A stretch of DNA of 64,000 nucleotides from an uncultured Actinomycetes bacterium (GCA_963835415.1 CAWIFZ010000013.1:15467-79466), one strand, 5' to 3'; numbered from the stretch's first letter, positions 1 to 11,117 are shown. Program-made: numbers and translations. The notes: generated by a model from the sequence alone, not told the origin.

Positions 1-832
1 CCTCGTGGCGCCGATCCTGGATGAAGCCTGCCCGCTCCGAAGCGTCGACCTGACGGAGCTTGCGTACCCACGCCGGCTTGTCCGAGACGTTGCGCTCGAC
101 CACGCTCGGCGACACCGGCATCGCGACGTCTGCGAACGCGCCGACGTGACGTAAGGGCGGGGTCCACGGAGGATGCGGCGCGCTCGTCGCGAAGTACAGG
201 AAGAACGGACGGTCGTCCGGCGCGGTTCGCAGGAAGTCGACGGCGCGGTCCGCGAACAGGTCGGTGGCGTACGTGGCGGGGGCATCGCTCGTCTGCAAGG
301 CCACCCCCTGATCCACGAAGCCGAAGTTCGAGTACGTCGTGGTCGCGGCCGTGTTGCGCTTGACGACCCAGCGGTCCCATCCGGGCGGGATGTACGGTCC
401 ACGCCCGAACGGATACCGATTGAGGTACTTGCCGATCAACCCGGTGAAGTAGCCCGCACCGTGGAGCCACGTCGCGATCGTCTGCGTGTCGTCGAACCGC
501 GCACCGTCGTCGTTCGTGCGGACGTGCGTGTGCCGGCTGTCGAGACCCGACAGGATCGTCGCGCGCGATGGACAACAGAGCGGCGTCTGGATGAAGGCAT
601 CCGGGAACCACAGCCAATGCCCGTCGGGGTCCTGCACCTGCGATTGCAGCCACGGGAGCGCCGGCGGATACGACGGGAACGTGTCGAACGATTGGTCGTC
701 GGTGAGGATCACGACGACGTTCAGCCGTTCGTCGGAGGCTGCGGGTGCGGGCGTCGCATCGAGCGCCGCTGCGGCGAGGACCGCCACGGCGAGGATCACC
801 GCGGCGACCCGCCGGGGACTAGCTGCCGGCAT
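1..832 (-). CDS. Secreted sulfatase (formylglycine-dependent), runs off window start
   Basis: Manual minus-strand translation: signal peptide [29 protein letters not shown], sulfatase motif TPLCCPSRATILSG, GYFTGLIGKYLN, APHPP. Confidence 0.88.
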   Translation of the reverse strand, partial: MPAASPRRVAAVILAVAVLAAAALDATPAPAASDERLNVVVILTDDQSFDTFPSYPPALPWLQSQVQDPDGHWLWFPDAFIQTPLCCPSRATILSGLDSRHTHVRTNDDGARFDDTQTIATWLHGAGYFTGLIGKYLNRYPFGRGPYIPPGWDRWVVKRNTAATTTYSNFGFVDQGVALQTSDAPATYATDLFADRAVDFLRTAPDDRPFFLYFATSAPHPPWTPPLRHVGAFADVAMPVSPSVVERNVSDKPAWVRKLRQVDASERAGFIQDRRHE

Positions 833-1604
833 CCGGCGCCTTCCGCACCTTCCAGATGTGCTCGGCGGGGAACGCCCGCGCCCACTCGAGCGGCGCATAG
901 TCGTCGTACGTCGTGGCGGCGTCGGCGTCCGGTCGCAACTCGATGAGATCCTCGATCTCGAAGTGATTCGCCCGGAACAACCGGATCCAGTCGCCGTACG
1001 TCAACTGGAACTCGGTCGTGCTCCAGTCCGGATCGTCGTGATCCGCGCGACGCAGCCCGAAGTAGTCCAGTCGCATCTCCCGCCCCGCCGGCAGTTCGTC
1101 GTCGCCCCAGGCAACCCACATCCACGGCGTCGTGCCGTTGAAGACGAACAGGCCCCCCGGACGGAGGACGCGCGCGACCTCCGGGACCGTGAGGAAGGGA
1201 TCGGCGAACCCCATGACCCCGTGGTCGCAGAAGATCAGGTCGAAGCGCTCGTCGGCGAACGGGATCCGCTCGCCGTCGGCCTGCACCACCGGGAACCGAA
1301 CGCCGGTCTCCGCCATCTTGGTCAGGCCGTGACGCAGCTGCGTCGCGGAGAAGTCGAGCCCGGTGACGTTCGCGCCACGCATCGCGACCCTGATGCCGAA
1401 CTGGCACGCGCCGCAGCCGTACTCCAACACGTCGAGCCCGCGCACCTCACCGAGCGCGTGCACGTCGTCCTCGGGGACGTCCCACACGCCCCACGCCAGG
1501 CGGTCCCACCGGTCGAGCTGTGCGGCGTTGCGTTCCTGGTACGCGTCGCTCTCGCCCTCCCAATGCGTGCGGTTGCGCCGGACGTGTTCGGTCGGCTCGT
1601 TCAC
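819..1604 (-). CDS. Class I SAM-dependent methyltransferase
   Basis: [10 protein letters not shown] motif [32 protein letters not shown]. Confidence 0.88.
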   Translation of the reverse strand: MNEPTEHVRRNRTHWEGESDAYQERNAAQLDRWDRLAWGVWDVPEDDVHALGEVRGLDVLEYGCGACQFGIRVAMRGANVTGLDFSATQLRHGLTKMAETGVRFPVVQADGERIPFADERFDLIFCDHGVMGFADPFLTVPEVARVLRPGGLFVFNGTTPWMWVAWGDDELPAGREMRLDYFGLRRADHDDPDWSTTEFQLTYGDWIRLFRANHFEIEDLIELRPDADAATTYDDYAPLEWARAFPAEHIWKVRKAPDAGS

Positions 1605-2854
1605 GGGGTATCCATCCAGCCGCCGTCGCGCCCGGTGCGGGCGGCGACCAGCCCGGCCGCGATCGAGAGCGCGATCTCTTCCGGCGTCTTCCCGCCCAGG
1701 TCCAGGCCGAGCGGCGAACGGATGCGAGCGAGGTCCTCGTCGGTGAACCCCATGGCGCGGAGCGCCTCGACGTACGGTCCCACGTGACGCCGGCTGCCCA
1801 TCACGCCGACGAAGTGCACCGGCGATCGCAGCAACATCGCGAGCGCGTCGGCGATCCCGGGAGCGTCGTGATCCGTGTGCACGACGTCGGTCCTGGCGTC
1901 GAGCGCCACCGCCTCGATCGTGTCGACGACTCGATCCGCATCCGCGCGGTGCCCCGACGTGATGCGTTCCGTCCTCGGCTCCACCAACGTCGTGCGATAT
2001 CCCAGCCCGTGAGCGAGTCGCAGGAGCTCCAGCGCCACCGGCGTTGCGGACACGATCACGAGCGAAGGCGGCTGCGGATGTGGCTCGACGAAGACCTCGA
2101 TGTCGCCGAGGTCATGGTGGAACACGGCGGTGTGCGGGGCGGCCGACTCCTCCGCCAGAGCGTCCCGGGCAGCCTGCACCGCGGCGGCATCGAACTCCGC
2201 GCATCCGAGCGTGCCCTCGAGCGGGCCGCCCGGCCCGATCACGACACGGGCCCCGACCGGGCAGGGCGGGGCACCGATCTGCTTCACCGCGGTGATCGTC
2301 ACCGTGCCGGCCGTGGTCGACGGGGCAGGGGGTGCTGGACGCGCCTGCCCCCCGTCGTGGCCCGTGGGATGCGCGCCGGCGGAGCCGGCGAGCAGATCCA
2401 CCGCGTGCGGCACCACGGGGAGGATGGCTTCGAGGCCTTCCGCGACGCCCTTGGGGCTTCCCGGGAGATTGACGATCAGCGCCGAGCCGACGCTTCCGAC
2501 GACGGCGCGCGACAACGCTGCCATCGGCGTGTGCGTCAGGCCCGCGGTCCGCATCAGCTCGGCCATCCCGGGTGCCTCGCGCTCGATGACGGCCTTCGTC
2601 GCCTCGGGAGTGACGTCGCGCGGCCCGAACCCGGTGCCGCCGGTGGTCACGACCAGCCCGTGTGTGACGGCCAGCTCCCGCAACGCGCGTTCGATCTCCG
2701 CCCGCTCGTCCGGCACGACGACGCGGCTGCCGACGTCGAACCCCGCAGCGCGCAGGAGCGACTCGGCGGCGTCGCCCGACGCGTCCTCCCGCGTTCCGTT
2801 CGAGACACCGTCCGACACCGTGATGACGGCGGCGAGACGAGCTGGATCGGCCAT
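1601..2854 (-). CDS. MogA/MoaB molybdopterin-binding domain fused to XdhC/CoxI domain
   Basis: N-half [31 protein letters not shown]; C-half [37 protein letters not shown]. Confidence 0.85.
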   Translation of the reverse strand: MADPARLAAVITVSDGVSNGTREDASGDAAESLLRAAGFDVGSRVVVPDERAEIERALRELAVTHGLVVTTGGTGFGPRDVTPEATKAVIEREAPGMAELMRTAGLTHTPMAALSRAVVGSVGSALIVNLPGSPKGVAEGLEAILPVVPHAVDLLAGSAGAHPTGHDGGQARPAPPAPSTTAGTVTITAVKQIGAPPCPVGARVVIGPGGPLEGTLGCAEFDAAAVQAARDALAEESAAPHTAVFHHDLGDIEVFVEPHPQPPSLVIVSATPVALELLRLAHGLGYRTTLVEPRTERITSGHRADADRVVDTIEAVALDARTDVVHTDHDAPGIADALAMLLRSPVHFVGVMGSRRHVGPYVEALRAMGFTDEDLARIRSPLGLDLGGKTPEEIALSIAAGLVAARTGRDGGWMDTP

Positions 2855-2937
2855 GGCGACCATCCTCCCATCTCGGCCCGTAGGCTGACGTACTACCGTG
2901 CGGGGCGAACGTGCCTGCGGACGAGCGAGGGGGACCG

Positions 2938-3192
2938 ATGAGCGATTGGATCGATGAGCTGGCCCAGGGGCTGGGGGTGGAGGGGCCCACGGCCGCGGAG
3001 ACGGATCACATCCTGCGGGTCGCGCGTGACGTCGCGCACCGCGTCGAGCGCAGGGATACCCCGCTCGCGTCGTTCCTCATCGGGATGCACGTGGCGCGCA
3101 GGACGGCCGACGGTACGGCACGGGACATCGCGCTCGACGACGCGATCGCGATCACCGACTCGCTCCTTCCTCCCGCACCCGAACGGCCGTAG
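2938..3192 (+). CDS. Small Moco-associated protein (DUF6457-like)
   Basis: [13 protein letters not shown]...[25 protein letters not shown] pattern; directly upstream of moaA. Confidence 0.7.
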   Translation: MSDWIDELAQGLGVEGPTAAETDHILRVARDVAHRVERRDTPLASFLIGMHVARRTADGTARDIALDDAIAITDSLLPPAPERP

Positions 3193-3225
3193 CGCCGAAA
3201 CACGCGGCCCGGGTAGGCTGGTTGG

Positions 3226-4251
3226 ATGACCGACTGGCTGCCGCCCCTCACGCCGCCTCCGGCCGAGGGTCCACTCGTGGACACGTTCGGCAGGATCGCC
3301 GACGACCTGCGGGTATCCGTGACGGATCGGTGCAACTTCCGGTGCACGTATTGCATGCCGGCCGAAGGCCTCGCCTGGCTGCCGAAGAGCGAGATCCTCA
3401 CGTTCGAGGAGTCGACGAGGCTGCTCGGGATCTTCGTCGGCCTGGGCGTTGCGTCGATCAAGGTCACGGGCGGCGAGCCCACCGTGCGTGCGGACCTGCC
3501 TACGCTGGTGCGCATGTACCGGGAGGTCGGCCCCGAGCTCGACATCTCCATCACCACGAACGGCGTGCTGCTGGATCGACTTGCCGGTCCGCTGGCCGAG
3601 GCGGGCGTGGATCGCGCGACGGTCTCGTGCGACTCGTTGATGCGTCACCGCTTCGCCGAGATGACGCGGCGTGACGCGCTCGACAAGGTGTTCGCCGGGC
3701 TGAAGGCGGCGGAGGAAGCCGGCCTCACGCCGATCAAGATCAACACGGTGGTGATCGGCGGGACGAACGACGACGAGCTGGTGGAGTTCGCGCGTTGGTC
3801 ACGCGAGACCGGCTACGAGGTGCGCTTCATCGAATACATGCCGCTCGACGCCGAACACGCCTGGGAACGCTCGAAGGTCGTCCCTTCGCAACGGGTCCTC
3901 GAGATCATCGATGCGACGTTCCCGCTCGCGGCCGTCGGCCATGCGAACGAGCCGGCCACCTCGTACGCGTTCGCCGACGGCGCGCCCGGACGGATCGGGG
4001 TCATCGCCAGCGTGACCGAACCGTTCTGCGACACGTGCAACCGTCTCCGCCTCACGGCGGAGGGACAGGTGCGCGCGTGCCTGTTCTCGCTGGAGGAGAC
4101 GGATCTCCGTGTGCCCATGCGTGAGGGCGCCACGGATGACGAGCTCGCCGGGTTGATCCGCACGACCGTATGGCGGAAGTGGTCCGGCCACCGCATCAAC
4201 CACGCCGACTTCGTCCAGCCGGCGCGCAGCATGTCGATGATCGGCGGCTGA
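3226..4251 (+). CDS. moaA: GTP 3',8-cyclase MoaA
   Basis: LRVSVTDRCNFRCTYCMP radical SAM motif, FCDTCNRLRLT...C, C-terminal MSMIGG. Confidence 0.97.
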   Translation: MTDWLPPLTPPPAEGPLVDTFGRIADDLRVSVTDRCNFRCTYCMPAEGLAWLPKSEILTFEESTRLLGIFVGLGVASIKVTGGEPTVRADLPTLVRMYREVGPELDISITTNGVLLDRLAGPLAEAGVDRATVSCDSLMRHRFAEMTRRDALDKVFAGLKAAEEAGLTPIKINTVVIGGTNDDELVEFARWSRETGYEVRFIEYMPLDAEHAWERSKVVPSQRVLEIIDATFPLAAVGHANEPATSYAFADGAPGRIGVIASVTEPFCDTCNRLRLTAEGQVRACLFSLEETDLRVPMREGATDDELAGLIRTTVWRKWSGHRINHADFVQPARSMSMIGG

Positions 4252-4290
4252 ACCGGACCGTCCACACCAGCCGACCCCGGGACACGCGAA

Positions 4291-4314
4291 CGGGGGGCGG
4301 TCGCCCGCCCCCCG
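4291..4314. terminator. GC-rich hairpin between convergent moaA and SBP genes
   Basis: cggggggcgg-tcgc-ccgccccccg perfect 10-bp stem. Confidence 0.65.
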
Positions 4315-4341
4315 CCGCATCGTTCCTGATCGGGTCGCGCG

Positions 4342-6225
4342 CTACGCTCCGCCGTTCGCGAACGCGAAGCTGTCGAGCGACGCCTGCCCCATGGAATAGT
4401 CGATACGAGTAGTTGACGACACGTGTCGAGGTGATGTCGTTCTCATTCGAGAACGTCACGGGCACCCACGGCACGACGTCCTCCATCAGGAACTTGTCCA
4501 GGTTGGCCCAGCACGTGTACCGCGGGTCACCGGTCGGGAGCGCGGCGCATTCCGCCAACTTGTCGTCCACGGACGGGACCGCGGTGCCCGCCGCGTATCC
4601 CCAATCGGACAGCTGTTTCTGCGCTCGCTCCGAGGAGCGAGTAGTTGCAGCATGCCGGGTACAAGCTGGACGAGTCGAACAGCGGTGGTCCGAACGTGTA
4701 CGCGTCCGCGTAGTCCTGTATCCAGCCGACATACACGCACAAGCGCGAACTTGTCGGGAGACGAGATGCACTTGGAATAGATCACGGGGCCGTCGAGAGC
4801 CTTCGGGCTGACCTCGATCCCGATGCCCTTGAGGTTCTGCGTGAAGAGCGCCATCCGTCTGGGGCCTGGATCCTGCTGCACCCCCAGGGTGATGACGTTC
4901 TGACACACCGGGTCGTCGCAGACGCCGTCGCCATCGCTGTCGTACTTGGACTGCGCCATCTCGGCCTTCGCTTTCTCCAGGTCGCCGTGACCGTCCTCCG
5001 TCGCGTACGGGTCATAGTCCTTCAGCTCGTTGTTGATGAGTCCGTCGGGAAAGATGTGTCCTTCGACGGAACCGGTCAACGCACCTCCGGACAGCTGGAT
5101 GCTCCCCGCCTTGTCGATCACCCAGTTGAGCGCCTTCCGCACATGGATGTCGTCGAACGGCGGCACGCCGAGGTTCATCGAGATGTAGTAGTTCCCGTTC
5201 GTCGGATACGTGTGCAGGTACGGCTGCTTATCGGGGTTGGTGCTGTACTCCTGCAGGACGTTCGCAGGCGGGTGGACATCCACCACGTAGTCGACATCGC
5301 CCGTGTCGACCTTGTTGTACAGGTCGGCCGTATCGCCGCCGATCGTCGTCTCGATCCGGTCCGGATAGGCGGGGCGAAGCCCGTCGGTGGCGGGGTCGTA
5401 GGAAGGGTTGCGGACCAGGATCATCGAGCGGCCTGGGACGTAACCCGAGACGGCCTCCTGGTCACTCGCCGGCACCGAGAAGTCGAGCGCCTCCGTGCCC
5501 TCCCACATGTACGGGCCCGTGGCGACGAGGAAGCGGCCGTAGTTGGTGGTGTGTCCTTCGGCGACGCCGAGGACGGCCTTGGGATCGGAGGGATTCGGCG
5601 GGATCGGCGCGGTGGCGGGCATCGTGAATCGCCACGTCATATCGCCCGCCGGCTCGGTGAGCTTGACCACGAGCGTGTGATCGTCGGGAGCCGAGAGGCC
5701 GCTGATCGAATCGGCCTTGCCCGCTCCGTAGTCGTCGAATCCTTCGATCACCGAGTAGTAGAACGGGTATCCGCCCGAGCTGGCCTTGGGATCGGACTCG
5801 CGCTCGAGGGCGCGGATGAAGTCCTGGGCGGTGACCTCCACGTCTTGAAGCGGCGGTGAGTACATGACGCCCGGTTTGATCGAAAACGTGTACGTCAATC
5901 CGTCGTCAGAGACCGTCGGAAGGGCTGCGGCCAGATCCGGCTGGATATCGCCGCCCCCATCATCGATCGGGACCGGTTTCGTCGACAAGAGGGTGCGCAG
6001 GAGGCAGCACTTGAAGTAGCTCCACGACACCTGGTAGTACTCCTTCTGCGGATCGAACGCGGAGTTGACATCACTCGTCTGCGCGAGGTTCAAGGTGCCG
6101 CCCGGCTGGATCCCGCTGCCCCCTGAAGCAGACGTACTGCGTCTCCGGTGTGCCGCTCGAGCTGCACGCGGCAGCGACGATGGCGAGGACCGCTACCACG
6201 GCGGCCATCGCACGGCTTTCCTCAT
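4342..6225 (-). pseudogene. ABC transporter family 5 (peptide/nickel) solute-binding lipoprotein, several frameshifts
   Basis: Lipobox AIVAAAC, main ORF 4486-6093 (DGLTYTFSIKPG, VATGPY, PPFDDIHVRKALN) and C-terminal pieces (GWIQDYAD; LMEDVVPWVP; SLDSFAFANGGA*) lie in different frames. Confidence 0.75.
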
Positions 6226-6512
6226 GCCACACCCCCCTCTCGACGAGGCGGGCCCATGGTGCCACCCGGCCCGAACAGCACGTCCAGCCACCCTGGGATA
6301 CGAGCGGGGTCCTTGCGGAAGGTTGCGCCGCCAGGGTGGCGGGGCTTGCGATTCCTTGCCCCCAACGTTCACCGGAGCTGAGTGCGTTCCCCCAAGGTCC
6401 ATCGCGACGACCACCGGCGTTCATCAGGACCTGACAGCGTGAGTGGCGCCGAGAGGTTGCGCCCCCTCTCAGGCGCGGGGGCCGGGCTCGCGTCCGGCCC
6501 CCGCGACCCCCT

Positions 6513-8459
6513 TCAGAGGTTCGCGATCGCCACCGGCTCGATCGGGTCGCCCGGCGCGAATCCGAGGATCTGCGCGTAGAACGAGAGCTCCGCCTCCAGC
6601 GACCGCACGATGTTCTCCGCCTTGCGGAACCCGTGCTGCTCGCCCTCGAACAGCAGGTAGGCGTACGGCAGCCCCTTGGCCTTCAACGCGTCGACCATGA
6701 CCTCCGACTGCGCCGGGGGCACGACCTCGTCCTCGGAGCCTTGGAGCAGGATCATCGGACACGAGATCATGTCCACGAAGTGGATCGGCGACCTGGCCCG
6801 GTAGAGCTCGGCCGCCTCCGGATACGGTCCCACCAATGTGTGCTCGTAGCGCGACTCGAACTTGTGGGTGCCGCCCGGTTTCGCGAACGGCTCCAGGTCC
6901 GAGATGCCGAAGTAGCTCGCCCCCGCGGCGAAGTCGTCGTGGAACGTCAGCGCGCACAGCGTGGTGTAGCCGCCCGCGCTGCCGCCGCGGATCAAGAGTC
7001 GCCCGCCGTCGACCTCGCCTTGGGCCGTCAGGTAGGTGGCCGCGTTGATGCAGTCCATCGTGTCGACCACGCCCCAGTTCCCGTTCAGCCGCTCGCGATA
7101 CGCCCGCCCGTAGCCGGTGCTCCCTCCGTAGTTCACGTCGACGACCGCGAACCCTCGGCTGGTCCAGAACCGCGTCGCCATGTCGAACTCCGCGGAGACG
7201 GCGGACGTGGGACCCCCGTGGCTCATCACGATCAGCGGCGGCCGCTCGTCGACGGGCCCGACGAAGTCCTTGCTCGCCGGCGGGTAGAAGAACGCGTGCG
7301 CGGTGAGGCCGCCGTCCGTCGGGAACTCGATCGCCCGAGGGGCGGACAGGAACGCTGGCTCGACCGTGATCTCGTCGCTCTCCTTCAGCACGTCCACCGA
7401 CCGGGCAAGGAAGTCGAGCACCACGACCTGCGGAGGCGTGTCGGTACTCCCTCCCACGAACGCGATCGTCTGCCCTTCGGCGGCGATGAACGGGTAGTCG
7501 ATCGCGTCGTACGGGAGATCCAGGTCCAGGAGCTCACCGGTGCGCGGGTCGATCACGGAGACATGCTGCTCGCCGTTCCGCGTCCAGATGCATGCGATCC
7601 GGCCGTCGTCGAGGAACGCGTACGTCGAGACGCCGAACACCCACTGTGGCCAGCCGAACTCCGCATCCATCGGGCAGATCGCGTGCACCTCGCCGTCGAC
7701 CTCGCGATACAGGTTCCACCAGCCGGTGCGGTCCGAGACGAAGTGCAGGACACCGTCCGGACCCCACTCCGGTTGGAAGATCGACTCCGTTGCCGCCTTC
7801 CCGGCGACGAGGCGTTCGCCGGACACCGCCCCGGTCGGGTCGAGGTCCGCGACCCACAGCTCGGAGCCGTCCCACGGGAGGTACGGCAGATCCCAGGTGA
7901 GCCACGCGAGCTTGGCGCCGTCGGGCGAGATGCGCGGCGTCGAGAAGAAGTCGCGGCCGCCCACGACGATCGACGCATCACCGGAACCGTCCGTCGGGAT
8001 GGACACGATCTCGTTGACGACGCCGTCGTCCTCATGGCGTTCGCGGACGCAGATCATCCGCATCCCGTCCGAGGTCACGCGGCCGTCCGCGTACCGGACG
8101 CGCCCGTCCGTCTCCGGCGTGATGGGCGTCGGCGTCTGCCCGGGATCGTGACGGTAGAGCCGTTGATCGGTGAAGTTCGACGAGAAGACGACGCCGCGAT
8201 GCACGACGTACGCGCCTCCGCCGTACTCGTGCACCTTGGTCCGGGCGTTGGATCCTGCCGGCGTCACGTCGACCGGCGAAGCCCCGGGATCGGCCCGGAC
8301 GACCACGGACCGTCCGCCCTCCGACGGACGGCCCTCGATCCAGTACGCCGCACCGTCCTCCAGCCACACGTGGGAGAGCGCCACGCCGCCCTCGACGAGC
8401 ATCGCCGCACTGATCGGGGAGCGCCACGTGCCGTACGGCGCGATCGTCCGCTCACTCAC
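6513..8459 (-). CDS. S9 prolyl oligopeptidase family peptidase
   Basis: APYGTWRSPI start, HGGPT, GGSAGG nucleophile, QGSEDEVV, EQHGF; GTG start overlaps upstream stop. Confidence 0.93.
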   Translation of the reverse strand: MSERTIAPYGTWRSPISAAMLVEGGVALSHVWLEDGAAYWIEGRPSEGGRSVVVRADPGASPVDVTPAGSNARTKVHEYGGGAYVVHRGVVFSSNFTDQRLYRHDPGQTPTPITPETDGRVRYADGRVTSDGMRMICVRERHEDDGVVNEIVSIPTDGSGDASIVVGGRDFFSTPRISPDGAKLAWLTWDLPYLPWDGSELWVADLDPTGAVSGERLVAGKAATESIFQPEWGPDGVLHFVSDRTGWWNLYREVDGEVHAICPMDAEFGWPQWVFGVSTYAFLDDGRIACIWTRNGEQHVSVIDPRTGELLDLDLPYDAIDYPFIAAEGQTIAFVGGSTDTPPQVVVLDFLARSVDVLKESDEITVEPAFLSAPRAIEFPTDGGLTAHAFFYPPASKDFVGPVDERPPLIVMSHGGPTSAVSAEFDMATRFWTSRGFAVVDVNYGGSTGYGRAYRERLNGNWGVVDTMDCINAATYLTAQGEVDGGRLLIRGGSAGGYTTLCALTFHDDFAAGASYFGISDLEPFAKPGGTHKFESRYEHTLVGPYPEAAELYRARSPIHFVDMISCPMILLQGSEDEVVPPAQSEVMVDALKAKGLPYAYLLFEGEQHGFRKAENIVRSLEAELSFYAQILGFAPGDPIEPVAIANL

Positions 8460-9316
8460 CGCGGCCTCCGCCCCACGATCACCCGTGTCACCTTCAGCGA
8501 ACCGCCCTTCGTGGTCTCGACCTCGCGGAACCCACCCTGCCGGTAGATCGGCATCACGTCCCGTGCCCGGTCGGGATCGACCTCCATCAGGAGCCATCCG
8601 CGGCGCTTCAGCCATCGCGGCGCTTCGTCGACCGTCCGGCGGATCAAGCCGAGGCCGTCGTCGCTGCGATCCGTGAGCGTGTGCACCGGTTCCCATTCGC
8701 GGATCTCATCCGGGAGATCATCGATCTCACCGCTGGCCACGTACGGAGGGTGCAGCGTGATCACATCGACGCTGCCCCGGAGCTTCTTCGGGAGGGCACC
8801 GAACAGGTCTCCCACGCGGAAGTCGACCTCCAGGTCCAATCGCTTCGCGTTCCTCCGCGCGAGCTTGATCGCGTCCTTCGAGACGTCGGTGCCGTAGACC
8901 GCGGCTCCGGGTGCCTCGTTCGCCACCGCCAGCGCGATCGTGCCGCCCCCCGTCGCCAGATCCACCGCCACCGGCGCCTTGCGTTGACGCAACCGTCGAA
9001 CGGCTTGCTCCGCGAGGAACTCCGACGAATCGCGGGGGACGAACACACCGGGCTCAGCGATCAGCTCGAGCCCGCGGAACTCCGCGTAGCCCTTGATGAA
9101 CGGGATGGGCTCACCGGTCGCTCGGCGCTCCACCATGGCTTCGAAGCGCCGGCGATCCTTCGACGAGACGTCGTCCTTCGGGTCGAAGTCTCCGCCGAGG
9201 ACGTGCATCAGCAACTCGTCCGCCTCCCACCGCTCGCGATGCTTCTGCCAGTGGTCGATCGACGGGGACGCCTTGAGCGTCCGCACCGCATGGTCGCGCA
9301 GCTTTCCGGCGTTCAC
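8456..9316 (-). CDS. HemK/PrmC-family N5-glutamine methyltransferase-like protein
   Basis: RRATGEPIPFIKG, VFVPRDSSE, VDLATGGGTIA; HPPY in place of NPPY. Confidence 0.82.
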   Translation of the reverse strand: MNAGKLRDHAVRTLKASPSIDHWQKHRERWEADELLMHVLGGDFDPKDDVSSKDRRRFEAMVERRATGEPIPFIKGYAEFRGLELIAEPGVFVPRDSSEFLAEQAVRRLRQRKAPVAVDLATGGGTIALAVANEAPGAAVYGTDVSKDAIKLARRNAKRLDLEVDFRVGDLFGALPKKLRGSVDVITLHPPYVASGEIDDLPDEIREWEPVHTLTDRSDDGLGLIRRTVDEAPRWLKRRGWLLMEVDPDRARDVMPIYRQGGFREVETTKGGSLKVTRVIVGRRPR

Positions 9317-9360
9317 GGGGACGCATGGTACCGGTTCGCCATCGCTACACTCCTGCGCGT

Positions 9361-9765
9361 ATGCCACGTGCGAACGCCGAGCCCCCCACCAAGAAGCCCA
9401 CGGTCGCGAAGCCGAAGAAACCGCGTGCCCGCAAGCCGGTCGCGTCCACGTCCGAGGTGCGGCTGACGGCCGATCGGCTCGTGGTTCGCGCCACCGAGAA
9501 CGGCGAGCGGAAGTCGTCCAGCGGGCTGCTGATCCCCGCGACGGCCACACCCGCTCCCAAACACCTGTCGTGGGCCGAGGTGCATCTGGTCGGCCCCGAC
9601 GTCCGTGTCGCGAAACCGGGCGACCGCGTGCTGTACCTGCCGTCGTCCGGCCTCGAGGTGGAGCTCGAAGGGGAGGAGCTCGTCCTGCTGCGAGAGCGCG
9701 ACGTGCAGGCCGTGGCGTCCCCGCCCGCCACGAAGGCCGAGCGCCAACCCGGCCAGTACCTCTAG
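9361..9765 (+). CDS. GroES/Cpn10-like paralog with basic N-terminal extension
   Basis: DRLVVR...ERKSSSGLLIPAT...VGP...GDRVLY...LLRERDV. Confidence 0.8.
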   Translation: MPRANAEPPTKKPTVAKPKKPRARKPVASTSEVRLTADRLVVRATENGERKSSSGLLIPATATPAPKHLSWAEVHLVGPDVRVAKPGDRVLYLPSSGLEVELEGEELVLLRERDVQAVASPPATKAERQPGQYL

Positions 9766-9777
9766 CCCGGCGGGTCG

Positions 9778-10182
9778 TCAGGCCGGGACGAAGCTCAGGC
9801 GGAGCGTACGCGTGTTGTTCTCCCGGTTCGGATCCACGATCACGACGGACTGCCATGTCCCGAGCGCGACGCGTCCCTCCAACACGGGGACGGTCAGCGA
9901 TGGCGACACGAGCACCGGCAGGAGATGATCCCCGCCGTGGCCGATCGATCCGTGTCGATGGGCATACCGGTCGTCACGCGGCAGCAATCGCTCGACCAGC
10001 TCGTCGAGGTCTTCCTCCGAGCCCGATCCCGTCTCCATCAGCGCGACGCCGGCGGTCGCATGCGGGACGAAGACGTGCATCAGCCCGTCGCTCCCGGCCG
10101 TCGCGGCGAACGCGCGCACGTGATCCGTCACGTCGATCACGCGCCGATCGGACGTTCGGACCTCGATCTCGACGGATCGCAC
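9778..10182 (-). CDS. yjbQ: YjbQ family protein
   Basis: FVPHATAG, YAHRH, DHL, LGTWQSV motifs. Confidence 0.88.
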   Translation of the reverse strand: MRSVEIEVRTSDRRVIDVTDHVRAFAATAGSDGLMHVFVPHATAGVALMETGSGSEEDLDELVERLLPRDDRYAHRHGSIGHGGDHLLPVLVSPSLTVPVLEGRVALGTWQSVVIVDPNRENNTRTLRLSFVPA

Positions 10183-10183
10183 G

Positions 10184-11117
10184 TCAGGAAGTGGCGGGTG
10201 GATCTTCCGGCGGCGCGGGCACGCCCGTCCCCGAGCCCGGGTCCGGTGGCTTCGACACGTCTGCCTCGGGCATGGCGGACTCCGCCTCCGACATGGGGTC
10301 TCCGGTCACGGGTGTCGGTTCGTTCGCCTCGGGCGTGGTGCCCGGCGCCTCGGGCGTGGTGCCCGGCGCCTCAGGCGTGGTAGCGCCCCGCCTCGGGCAT
10401 CCCGGTCCAGACGCCGCCGACGGCGGACCCGCCACCGGGAACGGCCGGCGGTGGTGGTGGTACGAACCCGGCCGGGTCACCAGCCATCGCGACAGGTGCT
10501 TGCCGGCTCACTATCGCCATGATGCCCGCGACGATGGCCACGACCCCTCCCGCGATGCACAGCCAGATGCCGATGCCCAACGAGAACGAGAAGTAATCAC
10601 GGATCTCCCCCGGCAACCCGGCACTGGCGAACGCTGAAGCCGCATTGTCGATCACATCGTTCTTCTTGACGGTCGCGTCGTAGAGGGCTAAGCCGCCGCC
10701 GACCGCGCCGCCGACGAGGATCACGATCCCTACCACCTGTCGGCTGCTCGCCAACATGAGGAGAACCGAGGCAACGACGACGATGATGCCCGCAACCACG
10801 GTCCACTTCCCCTCATCGATATCCCATCCGACCACGCTCACACTGCCCTGCGAGCGAACGGTTGCCGGGATCTGACTGGGGTCGATCCCAAGTGCTGTCG
10901 CGATCTTGTCGAAGTTCACACTCACGGTGGCCCACGTCAGGAACGAACCGATCGCGAGCGCGACCCCGCCGACGATGCCCAAGATCATCGGCGGCAAAGG
11001 AGCGCGTGGCTCAACGTTCTCGATCGGCGCCGCTGGCGGAACGTCCTCGATGGGCGCGGTTGGCGGAACGTTCTCCATGGGTGATACCCCCTCTCCGATC
11101 TCGTCGGAGTGTTCCAC
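10184..11117 (-). CDS. Four-TM membrane protein with Pro-rich termini; probable frameshift near 10385
   Basis: IGSFLTWAT and further hydrophobic helices in ORF 10371-11117; the PEAPGTT repeat tail continues in another frame to 10184. Confidence 0.6.
10325..10381. repeat. 21-bp tandem repeat (~2.7 copies) encoding PEAPGTT
   Basis: cgcctcgggcgtggtgcccgg x2 plus cgcctcaggcgtggt. Confidence 0.85.

Noticed and set aside
173-946. Plus-strand ORF and the many other long Arg/Pro-rich or antisense ORFs
   Set aside because: Shadow ORFs of high-GC DNA opposite or overlapping genes with clear motifs (here the sulfatase)
10325-10381. Tandem repeat as a possible CRISPR
   Set aside because: No spacers, in-frame coding repeat, no cas genes
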